Source: Nitrospinales bacterium (GTDB lineage Bacteria; Nitrospinota; Nitrospinia; Nitrospinales; VA-1). Taken from it: a stretch of 64,000 nt of DNA. Of this stretch, positions 10,683 to 19,735 are shown in pieces. The stretch covers positions 1,571,579 to 1,635,578 of the forward strand of contig OZ253582.1 of the NCBI GenBank assembly GCA_965263085.1, in the 5' to 3' direction. Both the position numbers and the translations under genes were made by a program. The notes beneath the pieces are model-generated. The model did not search any database and was not told where the DNA came from. It was given only the letters and a program-made list of their open reading frames with translations. The first letter of the stretch is position 1, and each line of letters begins with the position of its first letter.

Positions 10683-11552
10683 GTGGAGGTTCTTGCAGAG
10701 GAAAAAATAGACCGGACCCTCTCCTCTTATCTCGATTGGGCTCAGCACAAACTTACAGAGGTCGCATCGCCCCGGCTGGACTCTGAAATCTTAATGGCAC
10801 AGAGCCTGAATATCTCGCGAACGGAATTGATGATGTATCCTGATCGGGTTTTGAATCGCGTAGAGGTCGGGATATTTTGTTCGAGCATCGAGCGAAGGGT
10901 TTTGCGTGAACCGATTTCTCACATTACCGGAGTGCGGGAATTCTGGTCACTCGAATTTTGTGTGAATGAAAAAGTTCTGACACCCCGACCGGAAACGGAA
11001 ATTCTGGTTGAGCAATGTTTGAAAGCCTTGGAGAAAGAACCTCCGCCGGTGAAAATTCTGGATCTCGGTACTGGGTCGGGGGTTCTCGCGATTACGTTAG
11101 CAAAAGAAATTCACCAAAGCCGGGTCACGGCGATTGAAAAGTCAGCCTTAGAGGTCGCCAGGAAAAATGCTTTACTTCATGCTGTGGCAGATCGGGTCTG
11201 TTTTATATCCGGTGATCTTATGAAGGTTGACTGGCAAGGGCCGTATCACCTTATTGTTTCGAACCCTCCTTATATTGAATCGGAAAATCTGTCAAAATGC
11301 ATGCCTGAGGTTCGGCAATATGAGCCGGTCGAAGCTTTGGATGGAGGCCGCGATGGTTTGGACTACTACAGGTTCATCGTCCCTATGGCATGGGAAAAAC
11401 TGGAGGAAAATGGTTTGCTGGCTTTGGAGATTGGGCATACCCAGGCCTCAGCTGTGGTGGCTTTAATGGAAACGGGCTATCAGGATATTCAGGTGGTGAA
11501 GGATTATTCAGGTTATGACAGGGTGGTACTGGCGAGGACTATAAATGGATAA
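10683..11552 (+). CDS. prmC: Release-factor glutamine N5-methyltransferase (PrmC/HemK)
   Basis: GTG start 1 nt after prfA. SAM motif ILDLGTGSGVLAI and catalytic VSNPPYI. Confidence 0.92.
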   Translation: MEVLAEEKIDRTLSSYLDWAQHKLTEVASPRLDSEILMAQSLNISRTELMMYPDRVLNRVEVGIFCSSIERRVLREPISHITGVREFWSLEFCVNEKVLTPRPETEILVEQCLKALEKEPPPVKILDLGTGSGVLAITLAKEIHQSRVTAIEKSALEVARKNALLHAVADRVCFISGDLMKVDWQGPYHLIVSNPPYIESENLSKCMPEVRQYEPVEALDGGRDGLDYYRFIVPMAWEKLEENGLLALEIGHTQASAVVALMETGYQDIQVVKDYSGYDRVVLARTING

Positions 11553-12798
11553 GATTGTCATAGAGGGCGGTCGCCCTTTAGAGGGTACTGTTAAGATCAG
11601 CGGTGCCAAGAACGCGGTTCTGCCTGTTCTGGCCGCAACACTCCTGACCCGTGGGCGGAATATTATTGAAGGAGTTCCAAAAGTTCGCGATGTGGCAACC
11701 ATGATCCAGCTTCTTAAGGATTTGGGAGCAGAAGTCGAAAGCGATCACGACGAAAAAATTGTATTGGACACGTCCCGCGCAGATAACCCGGACGCGCCCT
11801 ATGATCTGGTTTCTACAATGCGTGCGTCTTGTCTGGTTCTGGGCCCCTTGTTGGCCAAGCTGGGCCGAGCGAGGGTTTCCTTACCCGGAGGTTGTGCTAT
11901 TGGAGCGAGACCTATTGATTTCCATATTAAAGGACTGGAAGCAATGGGTGCGAAGGTCTGGCTGGAACACGGTTATGTGCACGCGACTGTCGAAGGCCTT
12001 AAGGGGATTCAATTTTATTTTGATACGGTTTCGGTGACGGGTACTGCGAACTTGATGATGGCGGCATCTCTCGCAGAGGGGGAAACCATTCTGGAAAATG
12101 CTGCCAGAGAACCCGAAGTTGTATTTCTTGCAGATATTTTGAATCAGGCAGGAGCAAAAATTGAAGGGCAAGGCACTGATACGATTATCATTCAGGGGGT
12201 CTCATCGTTAAAGCCAATCGAATGTCGAATTTTTCCTGACCGTATTGAAGCTGGTACTTATATGATCGCTGCCGCTATCACCCAGGGAGAAGTGTTGGTT
12301 GAGAATTGTATTCCGCAACATATGGAGCCCATTATCCTCAAACTTCAGGAAGCCCAGGTTGACGTGGGAGTCGAAGGCTCTTCGATTCGAGTCCGGGGTG
12401 GCCGTCCCTTGCTTGCGGTCAATGCCAGGACTCATCCTTATCCAGGATTCCCCACTGATATACAGGCTCAGTTCATGGCGCTGATGGCTTTGTCGCGCGG
12501 ACAGAGCATTATCATGGAGACCGTATTTGAGAATCGGTTCATGCATGTTGCGGAATTAAAAAGGATGGGAGCTGACATTACGTTGGATGGACATACGGCG
12601 ATCATCAACGGGGTACAAAGGCTTTCGGGCGCTCCTTTGATGGCTACCGATCTTCGAGCCAGTGCTTCACTGGTGCTGGCGGCTCTGGCGGCGAAAGGCC
12701 CGTCTATTATTTCTCGTGTTTATCATATTGACCGAGGATATGTGAGTATGGAAAAAAAACTCTCTGATCTGGGTGCCAGAATTAAAAGGGTTAGGTAA
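11545..12798 (+). CDS. murA: UDP-N-acetylglucosamine 1-carboxyvinyltransferase
   Basis: MDKIVIEGGRPLEGTVKISGAKNAVLP and the active-site region LPGGCAIGARPID. It overlaps prmC by 8 nt. Confidence 0.97.
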   Translation: MDKIVIEGGRPLEGTVKISGAKNAVLPVLAATLLTRGRNIIEGVPKVRDVATMIQLLKDLGAEVESDHDEKIVLDTSRADNPDAPYDLVSTMRASCLVLGPLLAKLGRARVSLPGGCAIGARPIDFHIKGLEAMGAKVWLEHGYVHATVEGLKGIQFYFDTVSVTGTANLMMAASLAEGETILENAAREPEVVFLADILNQAGAKIEGQGTDTIIIQGVSSLKPIECRIFPDRIEAGTYMIAAAITQGEVLVENCIPQHMEPIILKLQEAQVDVGVEGSSIRVRGGRPLLAVNARTHPYPGFPTDIQAQFMALMALSRGQSIIMETVFENRFMHVAELKRMGADITLDGHTAIINGVQRLSGAPLMATDLRASASLVLAALAAKGPSIISRVYHIDRGYVSMEKKLSDLGARIKRVR

Positions 12799-12870
12799 GT
12801 CTACTCACTCACCGTGGCCAGGCAATGCCCGGTGGTTACAACCGTATGCTAACTTTAAATAATCAGGATT

Positions 12871-13950
12871 ATGGATATAGCACGTCCCCTTCATAGCCAG
12901 GATATCCAAAGTTTTTTATTGTGGATGCCCAACTGGATAGGCGATGTGGTGTTGACGCTACCAGTAATACAATCCCTGCGTCGCGCTTACCCTGCGGCTC
13001 GCATTTCTGTTGTCGCCAAATCTCCTTCCGATGAGTTGCTTCTTGGGCACCCTGCTATTGATACGGTTGTGACTTTGCCTTCCGGGCCGGAAAACGGATT
13101 CTGGAAGAGAGTTGGTTTTGCCCGCGGCTTGAGAAAGTATAATGCTGATATTGGAGTGGTGTTCCCCAATTCCTTTGGCTCGGCGTTTCTTTTAAGCCAG
13201 ACTGGCGCGAAATGTCGCCTGGGCTATAACACTGAAGGCAGGGATGTTCTGCTCACTCACCCTGTCGCCACAACGGCATATTTAAAAAGAGCACAATACC
13301 GTGTTGAATATTATTTTAAAATTTTTTCATCTCTGAAACTGGATACTCCCGACCGTGATTTTGCTCCGCTCGTTCGACAGGAAGAGGATATCACAACTCG
13401 CGAAGTTATGCTGGATATGGGTTTGGATGAGTATGAAGATTTTTTTACCCTGCACCCGGTGACCTCGAAAATGGAACGGAGTTGGCATGCTGAGAGATTT
13501 GGCATCTTGTGTCAGAGACTGATTAAAGAGGACCGCAAGCGAGTGGTTCTTTTGGGCACAGAAAAAGAATCGGCATTGCTGAACCGGATCAGAAGCTTCG
13601 GCCAACCAGAAACGATCAAGATCATTCCCCCTGTTAATTTGAGGGTTTTGGCAGGACTGCTGCAAAAAAGCCGAGTGTTCATTGGCAATGACAGTGGAAT
13701 GATACACCTTGCGGCGATGGTCGGGGTTCCGGTCCTGGGGATTTTTGGGCCCGGAAGCCCGAAAGCGACCGGCCCTTATATGGCTTTGGAAAAGCAGGAA
13801 ATGATAACGCAGAATTTCCCCTGTTCCCCTTGCAGGCAGAGATTTTTTAAAGAGTGCAAACCCTCTCCTCTTCACAAGCCTTATTGCCTTGAAGATATTA
13901 CGGTGCAAAATGTTTATGAGGGAGTGCATCGACTGCTGAAGCGGTTTTAG
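12871..13950 (+). CDS. Glycosyltransferase family 9 (ADP-heptose:LPS heptosyltransferase-like)
   Basis: PNWIGDVVLTLPV N-terminus and FIGNDSGMIHLAAMVGVPVLGIFGP C-terminal motif, both typical of GT9. Confidence 0.85.
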   Translation: MDIARPLHSQDIQSFLLWMPNWIGDVVLTLPVIQSLRRAYPAARISVVAKSPSDELLLGHPAIDTVVTLPSGPENGFWKRVGFARGLRKYNADIGVVFPNSFGSAFLLSQTGAKCRLGYNTEGRDVLLTHPVATTAYLKRAQYRVEYYFKIFSSLKLDTPDRDFAPLVRQEEDITTREVMLDMGLDEYEDFFTLHPVTSKMERSWHAERFGILCQRLIKEDRKRVVLLGTEKESALLNRIRSFGQPETIKIIPPVNLRVLAGLLQKSRVFIGNDSGMIHLAAMVGVPVLGIFGPGSPKATGPYMALEKQEMITQNFPCSPCRQRFFKECKPSPLHKPYCLEDITVQNVYEGVHRLLKRF

Positions 13951-14048
13951 AGCAGTCGTGCTTGAAAAGGAATTGATGGATATTGGCGTATATACTGGTG
14001 ACGATAAACCTGTTTTATTAATCCTTTGAAATGCTATAGAGTATCAGT

Positions 14049-14447
14049 ATGCAGAGTTGCCCGAAATGTGATGAAAGTTTTCCCGACACGCATTCCCTTT
14101 GCCCGAAATGCAATGTAGAGCTTGTGCCGTCGGCAGTGGAGCAGGAGTCTCTCGATCTGGTCATCCTTTGTACGGTTTTAAATGAGGCCAAGGCTCATAT
14201 TATGCGAGGTTTTCTGGAAAACGAGGGCATTCCCTGCCAACTGGAAAATATTTCCTTTCACGCAGAGCCCGCACCAGTCGCGGATCTTATGAAGGTTCGA
14301 CTTTGGACGTTGAGAGAAGATGCGGAGCAAGCCCGTCAGTTACTGGAAGAGCGTGAAAGCATTCAGATTTGTTCTGCCTGCGAAAAGGAAGTGACGGGGG
14401 GAAATGAAGTTTGTCCGCATTGCGGAGAGCGGCTGAAAGAATGTTAA
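14049..14447 (+). CDS. DUF2007-like (PII-fold) small protein flanked by two zinc ribbons
   Basis: CPKC...CPKC at the N-terminus and CSAC...CPHC at the C-terminus. The central part, LVILCTVLNEAKAHIMRGFLENEGIPCQLEN, resembles DUF2007. Confidence 0.6.
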   Translation: MQSCPKCDESFPDTHSLCPKCNVELVPSAVEQESLDLVILCTVLNEAKAHIMRGFLENEGIPCQLENISFHAEPAPVADLMKVRLWTLREDAEQARQLLEERESIQICSACEKEVTGGNEVCPHCGERLKEC

Positions 14448-14549
14448 GCGGAAAAGATCACTGATTTCATACTCCCAATTTTTTCTTCTGCTTCTTTCTG
14501 AGTTTGTCAGCAAGTCTTGCCTTTTTAACGATATCCTCGTAGCCTTCCT

Positions 14550-15095
14550 CTAACGGATTTGAGAATACTTAAGGGAAGATTCCATTTCTTTAGATAAAAG
14601 ATTGCCGACCATTCCGGTTAAAATTCCGGTAATCAGTGCCAGTGAAAAGAAAAAGGGTAACAGGAAGAAAAAAGAAGTTTGTTTTATAAGAAAAAAATAG
14701 ACACAGATTGCGGTGATTAAAGTGTGGGTATAGGCACCACAAACACTGACGCCAACAAGGCTGAACGGCCCTTTTCCTCTGTTGTAAATCACGCACATAC
14801 TCGCGGTGCCAGCCAAGCCTCCTGCCAGGCTGAGAAAAAAGGTGGGCCCCAAAAATGTTCCCGCAAGAATGGAACCCAGTATGACCCGGAGTAGGGTTAC
14901 TATAAAAGCCTCTCGAGTTCCTAAATAAACCAGAGCCATAAGTGTCATCAGATTGGCGAGACCAAGCTTGACCCAGGGTGTGGGTAAGGGCAGAAGAGCT
15001 TCAAGGCGATGCAATATTACTCCCAGGGCCACCATTAAAGCCATGATGACTATTCTCCTATTTTCTGTAATACTGTCGGACATCTCAGGTTTCAT
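14550..15095 (-). CDS. Gx-transporter family membrane protein (heptaprenyl-diphosphate-synthase-component-I-like)
   Basis: 181 aa with about 5 TM segments. LPLPTPWVKLGLANLMTLMALVYLG and RVILGSILAGTF are typical of this family. It overlaps the upstream HDAC-like gene by 11 nt. Confidence 0.65.
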   Translation of the reverse strand: MKPEMSDSITENRRIVIMALMVALGVILHRLEALLPLPTPWVKLGLANLMTLMALVYLGTREAFIVTLLRVILGSILAGTFLGPTFFLSLAGGLAGTASMCVIYNRGKGPFSLVGVSVCGAYTHTLITAICVYFFLIKQTSFFFLLPFFFSLALITGILTGMVGNLLSKEMESSLKYSQIR

Positions 15096-16035
15096 TATCA
15101 GAAGTTAATAAGGTTTGCATGTGAAGCTGAACCGAGTCGCTCAACGCGGCATAGTCATAACCGCCTTCCAGCATGGAGAGCAACCGCCCTCCGCAAACAT
15201 CTCCGGCAACTCCCATCAATAACCTGGTCATTTTACCAAAGCAATCTGTGGTCAGTTGGATTTGAGCCAGAGGATCATTTTTATGAGCGTCAAAGCCAGC
15301 GGAAATAATTATCAGGTCGGGTTTGTAGCGTTGGATTTCTGGAATCAGTTTGTGTTCAATGGCTGATAGATAGTCATTATCCTCCGAGTAGGCATCCATC
15401 GGCAGGTTCAATGTGGTTCCCAAGCCATCGCCGGTTCCGGTTTCTTCCTCTGCGCCGGTACCTGGATAGAAGGGATATTGATGGGTGCTACTGTAATAGA
15501 TTGAAGAATCGCTATAAAAAGAGTGCTGGGTACCATTGCCATGATGAACGTCCCAGTCGAAAATGAAAATTTTATTCAATCCTTTTGCTTTTTGCGCATA
15601 TCGGGCAGCGATGCCGACATTGTTGAACAGGCAGAATCCCATCGCACGGTCCTGCTCGGCATGATGGCCTGGGGGTCGTACGGCACAAAAGGCATTCTGG
15701 ACACTGCCATCGATGAGTTGGTCGATAGCTTGAAGCCCTGCTCCGGCACTCAATAGTGCGGCATCGTAGGAATCTGGGGAGATGACTGTGTCTGCGTCCA
15801 AATGGCGTACTTCGTTAGCGCACTTTTGCTCAACACTTGCCACATAGCCCGCATCGTGAACCATGGCGATTTCTTCCGGAGTGGCCTTGCGGGGTTGTAT
15901 TGCAATGAGGTTATTGTAAAATTCAGAGGACTTCAGCTGGTTTTGGATGGCTGTTAGCCTGCCGGGATTTTCGGGATGAGGCTCAGTCTCATGTCTAAGA
16001 TAAAATGGATCTGATGCGTAACCCGTTTTATTCAT
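15085..16035 (-). CDS. Histone-deacetylase-family (arginase-fold) deacetylase or amidohydrolase
   Basis: RPPGHHA, DWDVHHGNGTQ and SAGFDAH motifs. Confidence 0.9.
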   Translation of the reverse strand: MNKTGYASDPFYLRHETEPHPENPGRLTAIQNQLKSSEFYNNLIAIQPRKATPEEIAMVHDAGYVASVEQKCANEVRHLDADTVISPDSYDAALLSAGAGLQAIDQLIDGSVQNAFCAVRPPGHHAEQDRAMGFCLFNNVGIAARYAQKAKGLNKIFIFDWDVHHGNGTQHSFYSDSSIYYSSTHQYPFYPGTGAEEETGTGDGLGTTLNLPMDAYSEDNDYLSAIEHKLIPEIQRYKPDLIIISAGFDAHKNDPLAQIQLTTDCFGKMTRLLMGVAGDVCGGRLLSMLEGGYDYAALSDSVQLHMQTLLTSDNET

Positions 16036-16265
16036 CAGTAAGAATTTTTCCGTTTCAAAACCCCATCAGGTGCACCTCTCCAGGGCATAAAGAATAATGA
16101 AGAGGTCTCGCAGTTAAGGAGGAATATAACACGAGGCCAATGCGCAATGGCTCGTGCAGGCTGGCAAAGAGTTGTCTCGGTCTGATAGGCTATAGCTATT
16201 TTCCTCCCTTGCTAAAGAGGCGAGAATATCAGAATCCCTGAATTGAAGCAACTTCCTTGAGGTTT

Positions 16266-17399
16266 ATGAGTCCTGTAGAAAAAAAAGAGAAACTGGCAGG
16301 TCTTAAGTCATTCTCCGAGAGTTTGGGCTTTGACGGGTTTGGAGTGGCCACCCCTGAACTAGGCTCGGCCGGAGAGAGACTTGGGAAATGGTTGGATGCG
16401 GGTTACGACGGTGAAATGGCCTATTTGCGGCGCGGCGCGGAGAAGCGAAAAGACCCTGACCTTGTCCTGAAAGGGGTGCAAAGCATTCTTTGTTTTCGCA
16501 CCAACTACTACACATTGGAAAAGGATATGAGCTATATCGAGCATCGTGATATTGCGGATATTTCCATTTATGCTTTGAATAAGGATTATCACGATATCAT
16601 CACGTTGCGTTTGCGGCAGATGGAGGAAAAAATCAAAGAGGAGTTTGAAGGATGCAGGACCCGGGTTTATGTGGATACAGGGCCTATTCTCGAAAAGCCT
16701 TTGGCCCAGAAAGCGGGCTTGGGGTGGATTGGTAAGCATACAAATCTTCTTACTGAGGGTAAGGGGTCCTGGTATTTCCTTTCTGAAATCTTGACCGATG
16801 TGGCCCTTCCCGCATCTCAGCCAGTTGACGACCATTGCGGTACCTGCACAAGTTGTATCGATATTTGCCCGACAGATGCCATCATCGCTCCCTATGTTCT
16901 GGATTCGAAGCGTTGTATTTCTTACCTCACTATTGAGTTGAAGGGGGTCATACCCGTTGAGTACAGGAAGGCAATCGGCAACAGAATTTATGGCTGCGAC
17001 GATTGCCAGATTGTCTGCCCGTGGAATTCTTATGCGGTTAAAACCGATGACCCGGACTTTCAGCAGAAGCAGGACACGCTTAAGCTGATAGACTTGATCC
17101 AGATCAGCAGGGAAATGTTCAGTCAAAGATTCAAAGGTAGCCCGATCAAACGGATCAAGCGACGAGGCCTGCTCAGAAATGTGGCCGTTGCCTTGGGCAA
17201 TTCCGGAAACCCGCAAGCCATTCCCGTTCTGATCAAAGTACTGGATGACGAGGAACCGTTGATTCGGGCACACGTGGTCTGGGCGTTGGGCGAACTTTCA
17301 GGGCCTGAGGCACTTCCTCTTATTCGTGAAAAATTGAATAACGAAACAGAAGAAATGGTTCTCGAAGAACTGGCGAGAGTGGTGACCCGGTTTGCATAG
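16266..17399 (+). CDS. queG: tRNA epoxyqueuosine(34) reductase QueG
   Basis: Two 4Fe-4S motifs (CGTCTSCIDICPT and CDDCQIVCPWN) plus a C-terminal HEAT-like tail. I prefer ATG 16266. Confidence 0.9.
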   Translation: MSPVEKKEKLAGLKSFSESLGFDGFGVATPELGSAGERLGKWLDAGYDGEMAYLRRGAEKRKDPDLVLKGVQSILCFRTNYYTLEKDMSYIEHRDIADISIYALNKDYHDIITLRLRQMEEKIKEEFEGCRTRVYVDTGPILEKPLAQKAGLGWIGKHTNLLTEGKGSWYFLSEILTDVALPASQPVDDHCGTCTSCIDICPTDAIIAPYVLDSKRCISYLTIELKGVIPVEYRKAIGNRIYGCDDCQIVCPWNSYAVKTDDPDFQQKQDTLKLIDLIQISREMFSQRFKGSPIKRIKRRGLLRNVAVALGNSGNPQAIPVLIKVLDDEEPLIRAHVVWALGELSGPEALPLIREKLNNETEEMVLEELARVVTRFA

Positions 17400-17675
17400 A
17401 GGGCACGGCAGGCAATTATGGAGCAGACTCCGCTTTTTGGTTCTTTCAGGACTTTTCCTGATGGCTCCAGTTGTTCATTTCCCAGTGCAACAATCAAAAC
17501 AAACCATTGATCCAGAATGGGTTCCCGCCCTATAATCAATAAACTTTCTGCTAACCGCAGGGGTAAATGGCAAGGGTTTTTTATGAGAGCTTAGGTAGGA
17601 TTATCATAAGCTGGGAGAATGTTTGCCAGCCAGACAAAGTGATAGCTTATTATCCCCCTCTTTTTGAATTTGTGT

Positions 17676-18704
17676 ATGAAAACAAGTGAGTACCGTTTTA
17701 TAAAAGCCTGCCGGGGCGAGCCGGTAGATAAAACTCCGGTATGGTTCATGCGTCAGGCAGGCCGGTATATGAAAGTTTATCGGGACCTCAAGGAAAAACA
17801 CACCTTCCTGGAACTGTGTAAGAACCCGGAATTAGCGTGTGAGGTTACATTGCAACCTCTGGATGTGTTGGGGGTCGATGCCGCCATAATTTTTGCGGAT
17901 ATTCTGCTTCCCTTGGAACCGATGGGGACGGGTTTGGAATTTTCGGCGGGAGATGGCCCCGTGATCCCGCGTCCGGTCAAGGACAGAAAGGCCGTTGAAA
18001 AGCTTATGCCGGTCAGCGTGGAAGAGCAGTTGGGTTTTGTCGCTGACGCAATACGCTTAGTGAGAAAAGAGATTAACATTCCTTTGGTCGGTTTTGCCGG
18101 GGCTCCGTTCACTCTATGTAGCTATATGGTGGAGGGGGGTAAGTCGCGGGACTTCACAACCACCAAAATGATGATGTATGAGGCCACCGATGTGTGGGAG
18201 CAGTTAATGGATAAGGTGTGCACCGTGCTGGTGGATTATTTGAAGATGCAGGTTTCTGCGGGAGCCCAGGCTCTCCAGATATTCGACAGTTGGGTTGGGT
18301 GCCTGGGGCCCAGTGACTACGAAAAATATATTCTTCCCTACACTCGGCGTGTTTTTGAAGGACTCAAGGATACGGGTGTTCCTGTCATTAACTTCAGCAC
18401 TGGAACCTCGACGATGCTCGAGCTGGTGCAAAAGGCTGGCGGAGACGTGCTCAGTTTTGACTGGCGAATCCAGATGGATTCTGCACGAGCCCTACTGGGC
18501 AAAGACCAGCCGGTTCAGGGCAACCTCGACCCTGTGACGCTTTTTGCTCCCTTGCCAGTGATTCGAGAACGGGTTCATGACATTCTCAAACGCGCTGGGG
18601 GTAAAGGGCATATCTTTAATTTAGGGCATGGTATTTTGCAACACACTCCGGTAGAGCATGTCAAAGCAGTGGTGGACATGGTTCATGAATACCAGTATGA
18701 ATAA
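17676..18704 (+). CDS. hemE: Uroporphyrinogen decarboxylase
   Basis: FIKACRGEPVDKTPVWFMRQAGRY N-terminus. I prefer ATG 17676 to the track start 17664. Confidence 0.95.
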   Translation: MKTSEYRFIKACRGEPVDKTPVWFMRQAGRYMKVYRDLKEKHTFLELCKNPELACEVTLQPLDVLGVDAAIIFADILLPLEPMGTGLEFSAGDGPVIPRPVKDRKAVEKLMPVSVEEQLGFVADAIRLVRKEINIPLVGFAGAPFTLCSYMVEGGKSRDFTTTKMMMYEATDVWEQLMDKVCTVLVDYLKMQVSAGAQALQIFDSWVGCLGPSDYEKYILPYTRRVFEGLKDTGVPVINFSTGTSTMLELVQKAGGDVLSFDWRIQMDSARALLGKDQPVQGNLDPVTLFAPLPVIRERVHDILKRAGGKGHIFNLGHGILQHTPVEHVKAVVDMVHEYQYE

Positions 18705-19638
18705 TCCTTCCCGAGCCGAGCCGCTGACGGGTGTTTTTCTTATGGCGCATGGGGCTCCTGAGTCCGTCGATGACATTCCTGAATATTTGAGGAACATCCG
18801 CGGCGGAACAGACTCCACTCCAGAAACCATTCAAATCATCCGTGACCGCTATGAGCAGATCGGCGGAAAATCTCCTCTGCGGGAGATCACCGAGGAACTA
18901 TGCACCCAGTTGGAATCTTTTCTCAACCAGCGTGGGCCGCAGTTTAAAGTCTATTGCGGAATGCGCAACTGGAGTCCTTATATTCGCGACGAAGTAAAAC
19001 GGATGAAGGAAGACGGAGTGAAAAAAGTGGTGGCGCTTTGCCTCGCCCCTCAATTCAGTACTTGGAGCACGCGTTTGTACTTCAATGTTTTTAAGGAGGC
19101 GCTGAAAAGCTGTGATGCGGAGAGTTTAGATGTTCGCTATATTGGCAGTTGGGCAGATCATCCACTTCTCATTGATGCGTTTGAAGAAAAATACCGCGCG
19201 GCTATTGAAAAACTTGGGCCGAATGCAGAAGAAACAGTCTACACGATTTTCACAGCACATAGTATTCCCTCCGAATCTTTAAAGCTTGGCGATCCTTATG
19301 CGGAAGAGTTTGACAAAACCGTTACAAAGCTCGTAGAACGGGTTCAGCCGCAGCACTGGTATCAGGCTTACCAGAGTCAGGGGATGATCCCTGTTCCCTG
19401 GTTAGGCCCAACGGTGGAATCGGTTTTGGATAAAATCGCGAAGCTAGGCTCGAAAACGGTTTTAATGGTTCCGGTCGGTTTTGTTTGCGATCATGTAGAA
19501 ATTTTGTTCGATATTGATATAGAATTTAGTAAATATGCCAGTGAGCACAAGTTGAGCTTGCACCGCATCGAATCGTTGAACCTTTCCCCTACATTTGTTG
19601 AGGCGTTGGCTTCCGTGACTTGGGAAAACCTGGTTTAA
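18697..19638 (+). CDS. hemH: Ferrochelatase
   Basis: GVFLMAHGAPESVDDIPEYLRNIRGG and FTAHSIP motifs. ATG 18697 overlaps the hemE stop (ATGAATAA). Confidence 0.9.
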   Translation: MNNPSRAEPLTGVFLMAHGAPESVDDIPEYLRNIRGGTDSTPETIQIIRDRYEQIGGKSPLREITEELCTQLESFLNQRGPQFKVYCGMRNWSPYIRDEVKRMKEDGVKKVVALCLAPQFSTWSTRLYFNVFKEALKSCDAESLDVRYIGSWADHPLLIDAFEEKYRAAIEKLGPNAEETVYTIFTAHSIPSESLKLGDPYAEEFDKTVTKLVERVQPQHWYQAYQSQGMIPVPWLGPTVESVLDKIAKLGSKTVLMVPVGFVCDHVEILFDIDIEFSKYASEHKLSLHRIESLNLSPTFVEALASVTWENLV

Positions 19639-19735
19639 TCCCACTAATCGTGGGGCAGATAGCAATGGCTTATAGAGCCGAGAGAACGTTTGCTCGCAAA
19701 ATAAAGACATCGCAATTTGCTATCGGAGGCACTCC

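Noticed and set aside
14448-14549. A possible small basic ORF on the minus strand between the Gx-transporter gene and the DUF2007 gene (…EEGYEDIVKKARLADKLRKKQKKKLGV*)
   Set aside because: No ATG, GTG or TTG start codon exists in that frame after the preceding stop.
16359-17273. Long antisense shadow ORFs: 16359-17273 (304 aa, opposite queG), 59318-60052 (244 aa, opposite mreB), 4112-4708 (opposite rpoA), 13327-13929, 51572-52174, 8871-9398, 5046-5597 and 36374-36856
   Set aside because: Each lies fully opposite a gene with unmistakable conserved motifs. Each also has low-complexity or Arg/His/Pro-rich composition typical of antisense frames. None has a Shine-Dalgarno.
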